From a virus (taxonomy: Duplodnaviria; Caudoviricetes): a stretch of 50,807 bases of DNA. Made by a program: the position numbers and the translations under genes. Each line of letters starts with the position of its first letter. Within the stretch, counting starts at the first letter, position 1. Under the pieces are notes generated by a model that ran no database searches, was not told the DNA's origin, and saw nothing but the letters and a program-made list of their open reading frames with translations. The stretch is taken from positions 1 to 50,807 of IMG/VR virus record IMGVR_UViG_3300033388_007794; one strand, 5' to 3'. Positions 9,168-18,289 of the stretch are shown piece by piece.

Positions 9168-9421
9168 TTTTTACGCTCACCTCCTCTCTTCTGAGAACCG
9201 CTTGCAACCGTCGAGCAGCACAAGTAGTAAGGCACGGCCTGCGCGGCTATGGTTTCATTCGTGCCCCAAACATAATATCTTTCGGCGCAAGACTCATAAG
9301 AGTTTTTGACGACGTTCCATTTGTTACCCACGTATCGCTCGACAAGTATGTATATACCGCGGCCCATTTTAGTAAACCCCCCTACAAATTCTTCTTTATA
9401 TTTTTTTATATTCGTGGCCAT
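9164..9421 (-). CDS. Hypothetical protein
   Basis: Overlapping operon ORF. Confidence 0.5.
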   Translation of the reverse strand: MATNIKKYKEEFVGGFTKMGRGIYILVERYVGNKWNVVKNSYESCAERYYVWGTNETIAAQAVPYYLCCSTVASGSQKRGGERKK

Positions 9422-9633
9422 GTTCCCGCACCTTCAGTATAGTCTGCGCAATCAAGATAGTCCGTTTCGAAGAAATTCGAAGAAACCGGAACCAGATGAA
9501 TTTGTCTTTTGGTACAGTAGCCCTCTGAAAGTTTGCGCCCCTTTGCATGATTATAGATACAAAGTCCAAATGGACACTTAACTGCCGTTCCTGTAATTAT
9601 AATTTCTCCGTGTTTTTCCCTGTGTTCAGACAT
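9406..9633 (-). CDS. Cys-containing hypothetical protein
   Basis: CPFGLCIYN...C...C pattern; AAAGGAGG RBS. Confidence 0.65.
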   Translation of the reverse strand: MSEHREKHGEIIITGTAVKCPFGLCIYNHAKGRKLSEGYCTKRQIHLVPVSSNFFETDYLDCADYTEGAGTWPRI

Positions 9634-9638
9634 CCAAA

Positions 9639-9959
9639 TCAGCCTCCTTTCTTTCCAGCGCTTTTTCCGACCCGCTCCTCCGGTTTCTCCACAACAAGAG
9701 TGTACGTGTAGCTATCGGTGTCCTGGTTGTATCGGGTAATTATTGCGACGCCTTCTGGAGGCAGGTTGAGTTCGGCTTCTTCAAAGGTGATAGTAACGAC
9801 ACCCCCGGCCTTCTTGATGAGAACACAAATCTCTTTGAATCGCCTTTCTAATGTTTTAGCCATGAGGCTAAGCTCCCCGTGCAGGCGCTCGACTTCTCGT
9901 TTGAGGTATTTATTCTCGGCAAGCAGGTCAGCAGGCAGGCTCGTTCGGGTTGACGTCAT
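9639..9959 (-). CDS. Hypothetical protein
   Basis: Start re-called at ATG 9959 (MTSTRTS), behind an AAAGGAGG RBS. Confidence 0.65.
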   Translation of the reverse strand: MTSTRTSLPADLLAENKYLKREVERLHGELSLMAKTLERRFKEICVLIKKAGGVVTITFEEAELNLPPEGVAIITRYNQDTDSYTYTLVVEKPEERVGKSAGKKGG

Positions 9960-10224
9960 CGGGAGTACCTCCTTTCTTTCTAACACTTTTTCCAACCCGT
10001 TCCCCCAGCCTCTCCAGCCGTTCCGCCTGCTGCTCCAGAATGTCGGCACAGGCAAGCAGCTCCTGAAAAATCGGGTCTCCAACCAGCTCGTGATATTCGT
10101 CATATTTTCCATAAACGGTTTGGCGGAGCTGGTTGACGTTGTCCCGGACGTTGGACTCAATGACGCCAAGCAGAACCTGAAACGTGAAAATATTAATTTT
10201 GCTCTCGTTTTCGCTCATATTCAT
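9928..10224 (-). CDS. Hypothetical protein
   Basis: GGAGG RBS, overlaps neighbours. Confidence 0.6.
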   Translation of the reverse strand: MNMSENESKINIFTFQVLLGVIESNVRDNVNQLRQTVYGKYDEYHELVGDPIFQELLACADILEQQAERLERLGERVGKSVRKKGGTPDDVNPNEPAC

Positions 10225-10565
10225 TCCTCCACAAATTCATATTCGGGGTACTTCAGCAGAAACAGTTTCTTCCGGATGATGTAATCTCGGGTCCTGTATC
10301 CTTTCACGTCAATCACCTGAACCCGGCCATCTCGCCAACGAACCAGGAAGTCAGCCGTATATTTTATACCCCGCACTTTTTTCCCTCGATGTTCAAAATC
10401 AGAGACAAGCACGAACTCCGGCTGGAGTTGAATATCAACAACCTCACCAGCCCGCTGGAGGAGTTTTAGTTCTATGTATTTTCCTGCTTCCTTCCGGCTG
10501 TCAAAAACGATACCATTAACCTCGATCTTCCGGGCATTGTATTTGTTACGCTTATCGAGTTTCAT
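10221..10565 (-). CDS. DUF1064-family PD-(D/E)XK endonuclease (resolvase-like)
   Basis: NKYNARK...FDSRKEA...LQPEF...YTADF...IDVKG; start re-called at ATG 10565. Confidence 0.85.
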   Translation of the reverse strand: MKLDKRNKYNARKIEVNGIVFDSRKEAGKYIELKLLQRAGEVVDIQLQPEFVLVSDFEHRGKKVRGIKYTADFLVRWRDGRVQVIDVKGYRTRDYIIRKKLFLLKYPEYEFVEE

Positions 10566-10839
10566 TGCGCACGACCGCCGTCCGCTCAAGGCTCCTCATC
10601 ACCTCTGCGACTAGATTCTTGAACCACATCTCATATTGCCCGGTATGCTCGGCGTCTACCCGGGCGCACCGTTCCTGCACCCACGGCCTGGACTCAAGCC
10701 ACTTCCGTACGCGCTTTCGGCTCAAAACCGGCGGAATCTCGCCGCGGACTGCTGCCATGTGGTAGCCAAAAGCCACAAAAGGAGCAAGCTCCTTTGCGTT
10801 TCTGATTAAAAGCCTGTAATCTGTCTCCCCTGCCGTCAT
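10552..10839 (-). CDS. Hypothetical protein
   Basis: ATGA overlap with the primase-helicase stop. Confidence 0.6.
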   Translation of the reverse strand: MTAGETDYRLLIRNAKELAPFVAFGYHMAAVRGEIPPVLSRKRVRKWLESRPWVQERCARVDAEHTGQYEMWFKNLVAEVMRSLERTAVVRNETR

Positions 10840-12749
10840 CTTTCGGTTCCTCCGGTTCTTTGTGGTATCATCCGTAGGGTAGGTTTGTGAAATATAATTT
10901 CTGTGCGGATCTCAATTCCTCTGCGATTCTTCAAAAGAGCCAAAACTACTCTCTCACTTTCGCTTTCCATAGCTTCTTTTTTTTCAGGCCGCCACATCCC
11001 TATAAGAAAGTCGCATGCTTCCTCCACCGCGCCGGAGTCCCGCGCACTCTCAATTGTCACCGGCTCGGTGCCATCTCCGCCACCTGCGCGCGAAGTCTGA
11101 TGCAGGCTCAAAATTGCCACATTAAGTTTTTTTGCTAAGTGCTTTAGTCCTTTAGCGATTCTAGATGTAACCTCATACGGAGTTCCTACCCCGCTCTGCA
11201 TTCTGCCCATATAATCGATTACTAAAAGCCGTGGGCGTTCGCCTAATTGGACTTCTGCTTGTATAGTCAATTCTTCTAACTGCTCTAGGTCGAGACCATC
11301 GTCTTCCACAAACCAACAGTGATTGTAGATGTTGTATACCTGTTCTGCATAGTTCATAAAAATTTGATTATTTTTGTACTGTTGGTTGTCCAAATTTTCC
11401 ACAAATTTTCGAGCTTCCGCCTCCACTATGTTGCCCGTCAGACCAAGAGCCACCTGCACCATACGCTCATAAACTTGTGCCAGCGGCATTTCCATTGTGA
11501 AGAAGAGCACCGGTTTGACCCCTGTATCATGAAGCGTCCGCAGAATATTAATAACCAACGTCGTCTTGCCGACCGCGGACCTGGCAATTACTTGGCAAAC
11601 TTCTCCCGGAGCCAGGCCGCGCATCCTTTCGTCTATCGCCCCGAAGCCCAAGGTGATTCTGGCCCTCCGAAGAGTACGAATATAGTCCAGGTAGGCTTCA
11701 AAAGCATCTGTAATGCTTTTTATCCTCGTCTTTGGTTCCCGGTTCTTTTCCGCCCGATATTTGCAAGTACTGTTGCAAAATTCTTTTAGAATATCATCAT
11801 TACAACCAAAATCATACCCCCGCCCCCCGGCAGACTCCACAATGCGTTTTAGATCTTTAGGTTTGAGAGGCGGCGTGTTTTTTGTATTCCAGGCCTCCAA
11901 AATACTTAAAACAATATCTCCCGGAAGGGATTGTTTAAAAAAGTGCGATGCTAGTCGCAAGCCCGCATTATCCCGTTTACCTTCTCCTACGCCTTCGAGT
12001 AGCTTCGTAATACACGGCTTGACGGCATACGCATTCCATTTTCCTTTTACATCTGACAGTGATTGAGGTTTAGGTGGTTTTCTGGCTTTTTCTGATGCTT
12101 TTTTAAACAACTCCCGTAGCGAATCATTCTTCGAAACCTCAGTTACAAAAATAACCTCCCTGGGCGTTTTTGCCAGATCCAAGATCTTTACGGTCTCCAG
12201 GTTCAAGAGTTCTGCCGCGGTCAAAGGAATCTTATATAACCCTGTTTTGGAGTTAATTGTATTCGAAAGACGGAGCAAACGCTGCGAATCGTAAATCGAA
12301 AGGTCGATAGTAAAATCATCAAAGAGACCGGAAACCAGTTCTTTAAACACTGCGGGCAAATGCGGAGATGGCTCGTAACCCAACATTTCCGCAGGTATGA
12401 GTATATGGAACCCCTTCGCGCCGGAGAAAAATATCCGCAGTTCGTTTATCTCCACGTCGTACCTAACCGCAAGTTGATTCAGGGCGTCCCTTGCCGTCTC
12501 ATGAGCCTCAGCCAGGTCACGCGAGTCTATGTCGATTGGAATCCAATCAGCATAAACGTATCCCTGGTAACCGGCTACTGTACCGTGCTTGCTAAAATGT
12601 TCCCGCATAGCTTCTGGATACCGAAACACCGTCCGGTAGCAATCAACCGGTTTTTCTGGGAGTTTTATTTTTCGCACGTCCACCAGATTATTCCGTTTGG
12701 CTGCCCCGCCCACGGCAAGATCTACCCAACAGTAATTTTGGTATCTCAA
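10836..12749 (-). CDS. AEP-type primase + PriCT + DnaB-like (SF4) helicase fusion
   Basis: IDID and FSGAKGFH (AEP), EGKRDNA...WNTKNTPPL (PriCT), ARSAVGKTT, TMEM, VIDY, DSGAVEEACD, LKNRRG (helicase). Confidence 0.9.
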   Translation of the reverse strand: MRYQNYCWVDLAVGGAAKRNNLVDVRKIKLPEKPVDCYRTVFRYPEAMREHFSKHGTVAGYQGYVYADWIPIDIDSRDLAEAHETARDALNQLAVRYDVEINELRIFFSGAKGFHILIPAEMLGYEPSPHLPAVFKELVSGLFDDFTIDLSIYDSQRLLRLSNTINSKTGLYKIPLTAAELLNLETVKILDLAKTPREVIFVTEVSKNDSLRELFKKASEKARKPPKPQSLSDVKGKWNAYAVKPCITKLLEGVGEGKRDNAGLRLASHFFKQSLPGDIVLSILEAWNTKNTPPLKPKDLKRIVESAGGRGYDFGCNDDILKEFCNSTCKYRAEKNREPKTRIKSITDAFEAYLDYIRTLRRARITLGFGAIDERMRGLAPGEVCQVIARSAVGKTTLVINILRTLHDTGVKPVLFFTMEMPLAQVYERMVQVALGLTGNIVEAEARKFVENLDNQQYKNNQIFMNYAEQVYNIYNHCWFVEDDGLDLEQLEELTIQAEVQLGERPRLLVIDYMGRMQSGVGTPYEVTSRIAKGLKHLAKKLNVAILSLHQTSRAGGGDGTEPVTIESARDSGAVEEACDFLIGMWRPEKKEAMESESERVVLALLKNRRGIEIRTEIIFHKPTLRMIPQRTGGTER

Positions 12750-13669
12750 GGTGGCTTCTCCTCCAGGTTTTTGTTTTGTTGTGTCTCGGACGGTTCAAAA
12801 GGTATCCAGTCCAGCGGATCTGCCCGCGCTTTGTTTTTTAGCTTCCACTTGGGCAGATACCTCTCAATCGTTGCCCAGCTGTCCAACTGCTTCGACCAGT
12901 ACGGATCTCTTTGGGCATCAAGGAAGCAGGCGTGGAGTTCCTCGTGGGTGTAACCTCCTTTGGTGCGGAGTTTACGGATAATGGCGTACTGGCGCAGGTG
13001 CCAGTCGCGCTCGGTCGGTGGGATGCCTTGTGTCTGGCGATATTTTTTCATCTCGTCTACAAGCCATTTGTCTTTCTGTTTTGCTTCCTTGTCTTCTTTG
13101 GTGTCTTCTTCGGCCTCTTTATCACCCTCAAGCTGTTGGTCAAATTGTTGGTCGAACTGTTCGGTGGGTGTTTGCCCATCAAGAGATTTATCTCTTGATG
13201 GATCTAGATCTTTATTTACGGTTACGGTTATATGTTCGGGTATCTGTTTGCTTAACTGTTCGATAAACGGTTCGAGAAACAGTTTGCCTAACTGTTCAGC
13301 AAACTGTTTCAACTCTTGCAACAAAGGGCTTCTAGGTAATTCTATGACAACTTTCGCCGCGGCAATTGCTTGGTTTTTATTTTCAATCGGGTTGTGTTTG
13401 AGATAGTTTGGGATGAGCAGGAGACGCGTCTCTTCGTCATATTTGACGAACCCATCCTGTAACAGTTCGGCAAACGCTTTACCAAACCGTTGCGGTGACC
13501 AGCCCAAATCTTCGCAGGCATACAATTTAGGTAAAACGTAGCACCCGATCATGTTTGCGTGTGGTGAAGACAGGAGATATAAAGCCAGGAGTTTAGCGTC
13601 ATCCGATCGTTTTCTCATTTTCTCGTCTGTCCAGAACTTTGTTTTTATACGGCAATAGCGTCCTTCCAA
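12746..13669 (-). CDS. Replication initiator / replisome organiser
   Basis: KFWTDEK...AKLLALYLLSSPHANMIGCY wHTH-type N-terminus, repeat-rich linker, upstream of the helicase. Confidence 0.75.
   Translation of the reverse strand: MEGRYCRIKTKFWTDEKMRKRSDDAKLLALYLLSSPHANMIGCYVLPKLYACEDLGWSPQRFGKAFAELLQDGFVKYDEETRLLLIPNYLKHNPIENKNQAIAAAKVVIELPRSPLLQELKQFAEQLGKLFLEPFIEQLSKQIPEHITVTVNKDLDPSRDKSLDGQTPTEQFDQQFDQQLEGDKEAEEDTKEDKEAKQKDKWLVDEMKKYRQTQGIPPTERDWHLRQYAIIRKLRTKGGYTHEELHACFLDAQRDPYWSKQLDSWATIERYLPKWKLKNKARADPLDWIPFEPSETQQNKNLEEKPP
13131..13312. repeat. 12-bp-period degenerate repeats (iteron-like, putative origin)
   Basis: tgtttgcttaac tgttcgataaac ggttcgagaaac agtttgcctaac tgttcagcaaac (13245-13304) and tgttggtcaaat tgttggtcgaac tgttc (13134-13162). 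Confidence 0.55.
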
Positions 13670-14305
13670 TTAAAGCCCCTCCGCGTAAGTTCTTAAGTCA
13701 TATCGCGTTACTGCCCCGTTTCTGCCAAACATATTTGTGAAGAAGCTGCCCATCCTGATCAAAGTTGCTCCGTTTTTCATGAGAAGCCTTTCGTAGAGCG
13801 TAGTAAGGGCAAACCAACATCCGTAATGCGCTGCATCGCTCCACATTTTGTGTAGTTTGTCGTCGCTGTAGCATGCCAGTTCCGGCGGAGTCCACTTATA
13901 CAAGAAGCCTTCGCTCCAGCTTTCCGGCGTAACAACCAGAAAAATCGTCGGAGGAGGAACCTGTTTCCCGGCTATTTCGTACTTAGCGTTGGCTAAATTA
14001 CTGCTGTACCTGCCGACTTGTTCAACTGCCTCAACAAGCCAATTCATTTTTTTGGCGATCTTTGTTTCAATACCGAGAACAGGGAATAAATTATGGTGAA
14101 GCCAGCCCGGATTAGTCTGCACATAGAGATCTACCCAACCTTTTGCACCGCGAATATTGAATTCGTTTGGGTTTTCATGAAAATAAACTTTATGACTATA
14201 TGGTGGTTCTGAAAGGGTTTTAGCAATTTTCCTGCGAAAAATGATCTCATTTAGCGATTTCTGATTAACAATTTGTTTTAGCATCACTTCGTTTACGCTT
14301 ACCAT
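13670..14305 (-). CDS. Putative PD-(D/E)XK nuclease-fold protein
   Basis: E...VDLYV...GIETK...EQVGRY arrangement. Confidence 0.55.
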   Translation of the reverse strand: MVSVNEVMLKQIVNQKSLNEIIFRRKIAKTLSEPPYSHKVYFHENPNEFNIRGAKGWVDLYVQTNPGWLHHNLFPVLGIETKIAKKMNWLVEAVEQVGRYSSNLANAKYEIAGKQVPPPTIFLVVTPESWSEGFLYKWTPPELACYSDDKLHKMWSDAAHYGCWFALTTLYERLLMKNGATLIRMGSFFTNMFGRNGAVTRYDLRTYAEGL

Positions 14306-14323
14306 CCCTATCCCCCCCGATTT

Positions 14324-14488
14324 TTACTGCCCCCAGCTTCAACATTTCCGCCAGTTCTTCCGCTTGTTCCGGCATCATCCGCACCGTTTCCCCAAAACGA
14401 TACGGACGTTTGATTCCGAGCACAATTTTTCCCTCGACTTCTTGACCTCAATAGTTACGGTAGTACTGTCATGAATAGCCAGGTTCAT
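14324..14488 (-). pseudogene. Frameshifted small gene
   Basis: MNLAIHDSTTVTIEV continues in another frame as EVEGKIVLGIKRPYRFGETVRMMPEQAEELAEMLK. Confidence 0.45.
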
Positions 14489-14579
14489 AATCCCACCACC
14501 TTATCAAGTTCTTGTGGCCGGCCTCGTTTGCCTGTAAAAATTCCGCCCGGGCCCGGGGAAAGCCCGGGTGGGTGAGGAA

Positions 14580-15242
14580 TCACGCAATCATCCTTTTGAG
14601 TTTGTAAATCCCTAAGCATTTTTCAAAAATAAGCCAGTATATAATCATTTCTCGCATACTCCCCAAGCAGTGGTGTTCAAAACCTGAGCCATCCTTGTTT
14701 AATTGCAATAAGTGGATTAATTTGGGATATGAACCGAAGCGTTCTTTATAGAGTTCTGCGTATGCCACTACCTGGATTTTGTGTTCTGGATATACTGCAT
14801 TTGAACTTTTGAAGTCTACAAGGCTCAGTTTTCCGTCAATCACGGCAATTAAGTCTATCGTTCCGCCATAGCCGTATCTTTGGCTTACCAGGCTAATTTC
14901 CGTATGCAGGACATCCTGGACGTGGTTGCTTTCCCATTTCAGGTAGGCGTTGAAGCAGTTTCTGGCCTTCTCCAGATCTGCTGGCGCGTACTCGGAAACG
15001 TCCGGCTCTATGCCTTTAAGATGGGACTCTATAAGATAATGCGCCAAGGTTCCAATATCAGCGGCTTTGTCCCGCAGCTTATTAGGATCGTTGCCGGCCA
15101 GCGCTTCTCTCCTCGCCCAGGCTACCAGTGCGTTTTTATTCCAGCCGAGCGACTCGTTTATGATTGTAGTTACCGATGGAACGATGGTTCCGTTATGCAG
15201 TTTGTACTTTTGATGGGCTTTTGTTTTTGCCATTTTTTTCAT
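14580..15242 (-). CDS. PD-(D/E)XK exonuclease (YqaJ/Cas4-like phage recombination nuclease)
   Basis: PSVTTII, GTLAH, GGTIDLI, VDFKSS, QVVAY. Confidence 0.85.
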   Translation of the reverse strand: MKKMAKTKAHQKYKLHNGTIVPSVTTIINESLGWNKNALVAWARREALAGNDPNKLRDKAADIGTLAHYLIESHLKGIEPDVSEYAPADLEKARNCFNAYLKWESNHVQDVLHTEISLVSQRYGYGGTIDLIAVIDGKLSLVDFKSSNAVYPEHKIQVVAYAELYKERFGSYPKLIHLLQLNKDGSGFEHHCLGSMREMIIYWLIFEKCLGIYKLKRMIA

Positions 15243-15275
15243 CCTTTTTTTGATAAAATTACGGCCAGCCAGGGC

Positions 15276-16310
15276 TTACGCCCCGGCAGCCGTTTCTATT
15301 ACTTTCTCTTGTAAAACCACCAAGAACTCGTCAAGAGTCTGCTGACTGTCAATAACCTCGGTCAGTGATTTTACTTCCTTCCCAAACAGCTCGCTCGCGT
15401 AAGTATGGACCGCTGTCTGGTCCAGGCCGAGTTCTTTTACCTTGGTCCAGAAAGCCGTCCAGTTTATTTTTTCTTTCTCCTGCTTCTCCTGCTTTGGTTC
15501 GTCCTGCGTCTCCATTTTTTGGAACATACCGATTAATTCTGATGCTTGTTGTTTTGTCAGTTCTTTGGCTGATTCTACACCGTATCTTTCTTTAATTAGA
15601 GCGTGGACGTCTGCGCCTTTCTTCTTCGCTTCAGCGTAAATTTTCTTCAACTGTGCTTCGGTGCAGAAACTGCCGTTTGTAGAGAGCGCGGGCATATTGG
15701 CTTCTTCGTAATCCTCCAGGTCTTGCGTGAAAATATCACTCAAGCTCGCCACGGTTAGGGTTGCGTCCACCTGGGCACGTTTTTTTGCCATCTTCAATAC
15801 TGTATTTGCGAGTGTGTACGGGTCATCATTATCGATCTGGTACTCTACATACTTACCATATTTACCTTCCTTTTCACGCTTTGGCAAGCTGTCTTTGTTT
15901 ACCCCGTCGGGCAGTTTCTTTTCTGTTACCCAACGACGGGAATACCTGGCCTCTTTGGTATTCGCGTGCCCAACACCTTCGGTAATTTTCAAGTCATTTT
16001 TATAAAGAGTGCATTTGACTGTAAAAGCAAAGAAGCCGTTCTCGTAGTCCTGCACTTTCTCGATTACGTCATACTCGCTTGTTAAACCCAGCAACATAAG
16101 GATTTTTTCCGCTCCGGGTTTAAGCAGCGTAGGTTTATTTCCGGTTCCCGGTATGATACCGTAATCATGGTCTCTTTTGAGAGTTTTCTGCACTACCGCC
16201 TGAAACTGGTGTATCTTTTGCATTGTTGCGGAAACTTGTTGAGGGTTCACATTGTCGATTATGCTTAGACTTGTCGCTGTGCTAGTAACATCTCTCTGGC
16301 TGATTGCCAT
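15276..16310 (-). CDS. Probable single-strand annealing/recombination protein
   Basis: DYGIIPGT.KPTLLKPGAEK...NTVLKMAKKRA..DA...FTQDLED, plus TEAQLKKI/LTKQQASELI C-terminal domain; paired with the exonuclease. Confidence 0.6.
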   Translation of the reverse strand: MAISQRDVTSTATSLSIIDNVNPQQVSATMQKIHQFQAVVQKTLKRDHDYGIIPGTGNKPTLLKPGAEKILMLLGLTSEYDVIEKVQDYENGFFAFTVKCTLYKNDLKITEGVGHANTKEARYSRRWVTEKKLPDGVNKDSLPKREKEGKYGKYVEYQIDNDDPYTLANTVLKMAKKRAQVDATLTVASLSDIFTQDLEDYEEANMPALSTNGSFCTEAQLKKIYAEAKKKGADVHALIKERYGVESAKELTKQQASELIGMFQKMETQDEPKQEKQEKEKINWTAFWTKVKELGLDQTAVHTYASELFGKEVKSLTEVIDSQQTLDEFLVVLQEKVIETAAGA

Positions 16311-16407
16311 TAACTTTCACTCCTTTCTTTCACACCATTTCTGAGTTAAGCCACCCCACCGTTCATTTTTGAGTGAGGGGAACAATCGCGCACGGGGCAG
16401 CCAGTTG

Positions 16408-16619
16408 TTAGACATCAACATAGTCGACTATTTCGATTTCTATTTCATCAGGGCTTGATAAATCAGATGCGTCAAATACTCTTCTCTCTAGTGAATCAAG
16501 CAGTTTTTCTATTTGCGCAACTATATGATCAAGTGCTTGTGTAAGTGCCAGAACAGAACATTTATTTCATTGCAAGATGTCGCAGTTTTGGCTTTTCGCA
16601 ACGGACAGAGCTTCTTCAC
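16408..16619 (-). pseudogene. Frameshifted hypothetical gene
   Basis: MKKLCPLRKAKTATSCNE needs one extra A in an A-run to continue as NKCSVLALTQALDHIV...DYVDV. Confidence 0.5.
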
Positions 16620-16918
16620 TTTCCGTTCCTCCCTTCAGCCTTAGCAAGAGCTTGCTGTAACTGCTTCATAATTGCTTTGTGTATATTCGCCGGATAAATG
16701 ATGTTGCGATAATCCTGGAGAGCCACTTTGCAGACTTCGTACAGATCCGGTGCAGCGGCTATTAGTTTGGCGTTAGCTTCGCATACGGCTTGTGAGTAAT
16801 GGCCTGAAAGGCAATCAGCTACTACTCGCCCATTCCAAGTAGCTGTTTTGTCTGCTTTAATAATGAGAGTGCGACCAACTATTTCCCACGGTCCCTTCGT
16901 GAATCTCGGCTTATTTAT
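16616..16918 (-). CDS. FTxGPW...ANAxLIAAAPDL-type phage protein; ATA in place of the start codon
   Basis: Open 100-codon frame missed by the ORF track: NKPRFTKGPW...EANAKLIAAAPDLYEV...ALAKAEG. Confidence 0.7.
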   Translation of the reverse strand: MNKPRFTKGPWEIVGRTLIIKADKTATWNGRVVADCLSGHYSQAVCEANAKLIAAAPDLYEVCKVALQDYRNIIYPANIHKAIMKQLQQALAKAEGRNGK

Positions 16919-17410
16919 TTACGTTCACCCCCCGTTTCCGGAGCCAGTTCAGGATCTTATCACGCTTAATAACCCCGCCTTCCGGCGATAAGTTTGCGAT
17001 GAAGTCCCACTTGAAATCCTGATAGAGTCGCTCGGCAGTGTCTCTGTCGGTAAACAGTAATAGGGCGTTCAATGCCAAATCAGCAGGGCCGCTACCTCCA
17101 TATCCCCAGGCGAAACCATCAGGCGAATGACGTACAACTTGTTGAGGGGACATTGGTAAAGAGTTCTCCATTCCGGCGTTCGAAAATTAAATCTCCATTT
17201 ATTTGTTCAAAACATCTGACCCAACTTTATGTTTTCGTCTTTAAGAAGGGTCTCGGCCATATTGCGAGTGTTTTCCATTGCTTTCTGGAATCCCTTGCCG
17301 TGGTTCATCCCGCCGCAAATACACTTGCACTTGTGCCCGCGCCCGTTATAGCACCGGGCATCACAGCGACGGGTCCCGTTACTTGTGGTTTGACTGATTA
17401 ATGTAGCCAT
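16911..17410 (-). pseudogene. Zn-binding + DUF6166-like gene, apparently split by two 1-nt insertions
   Basis: HSPDGFAWGYGGSGPADLAL...YQDFK motif. Removing one T and one C from homopolymers joins MATL...CDARCY...CKCICGG...QMF, EQINGDLIFERRNGELFTNVP and QQVVRHSP. Confidence 0.55.
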
Positions 17411-17603
17411 CTGCTACGCCCTCCTCTTGTCCCGATTTGGTTTCTTCCCAGATAAGGTTGCTGTGATAGACCTTGTGAAGTCTGTCAGCAACCTCTCTGA
17501 TTTCCAATTCCAACTCTCCCGCGGTTGCTGCCTCTTCTACTATGCGATCGATTTCATCAACCGCTCCGATTATGGCGTCTTTGAGCCGGTTGATTTCATT
17601 CAT
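17379..17603 (-). CDS. Hypothetical protein
   Basis: Operon packing. Confidence 0.6.
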   Translation of the reverse strand: MNEINRLKDAIIGAVDEIDRIVEEAATAGELELEIREVADRLHKVYHSNLIWEETKSGQEEGVADGYINQSNHK

Positions 17604-17609
17604 GGTTTC

Positions 17610-17780
17610 TTACACCCCCCAGATCGCCCGGATCTGGTGCACCAGCCAGGCGATCATTAAGATCGTTAAGCCGGTGCCGACGATAATCGTCATCGTGTTC
17701 ATAAGCGTTTCGAATTTCTTCGCAGTTATGAACCCGGCCAGGGCATCTGCGAGCTTATCCCACTTATCCACAGGAATCAT
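17610..17780 (-). CDS. Small membrane protein
   Basis: Start re-called at ATG 17780; C-terminal hydrophobic segment. Confidence 0.55.
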   Translation of the reverse strand: MIPVDKWDKLADALAGFITAKKFETLMNTMTIIVGTGLTILMIAWLVHQIRAIWGV

Positions 17781-18018
17781 CCTTCCGTTTTTCCCATCTT
17801 CCAAAAATCTCACCGCACTTTCTACATCCCCAAGCAACCAGATCAGCTCTAACACCCTGAAGCATCACTTGAATTACGGCATTAGTAATGACATGCATTG
17901 CGTATCGGGCTCGAGGTGAGCCGGATTTGATGAAGGAACGGATGTTTGCGGCTACAACGGTCTTGACATCCCGATATTCTTGCAGATCATAAACTTGAAC
18001 TTGCGTTTGATTTAGCAT
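17764..18018 (-). CDS. Hypothetical protein
   Basis: Start re-called at ATG 18018, behind AAGGAG. Confidence 0.55.
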   Translation of the reverse strand: MLNQTQVQVYDLQEYRDVKTVVAANIRSFIKSGSPRARYAMHVITNAVIQVMLQGVRADLVAWGCRKCGEIFGRWEKRKDDSCG

Positions 18019-18047
18019 TTGTGATATACTCTCCTTGAAGGTTAACA

Positions 18048-18236
18048 TTAAGCTATTTCTCGTGGCCCTCCGCTCAGGATCTGCTGGCGGAGGTCTTTTA
18101 TTTGTGCCTTCTGGAGGCGCTTCTGTATCTGCTTTGCGCTGTTTTGCAAAGTCAGGCCTCGCATGGCACATTTTCTGAGTTCCGGCAGGGCGTAGGCCAG
18201 AAATCCTCTGACTTTTCCCTCGTACCTGATTCTCAT
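18048..18236 (-). CDS. Small basic hypothetical protein
   Basis: ATG 18236 behind AGGGA. Confidence 0.45.
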   Translation of the reverse strand: MRIRYEGKVRGFLAYALPELRKCAMRGLTLQNSAKQIQKRLQKAQIKDLRQQILSGGPREIA

Positions 18237-18289
18237 GCTGCTTTTCCCTGGTTCAAAAAAGTTCACAATATCTAACACTTGTTAGATTT

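Noticed and set aside
14580-15242. Cas4 adaptation gene for the type IV system
   Set aside because: No Fe-S cysteine cluster or cas1; it is paired with an annealase-like gene in the recombination module.
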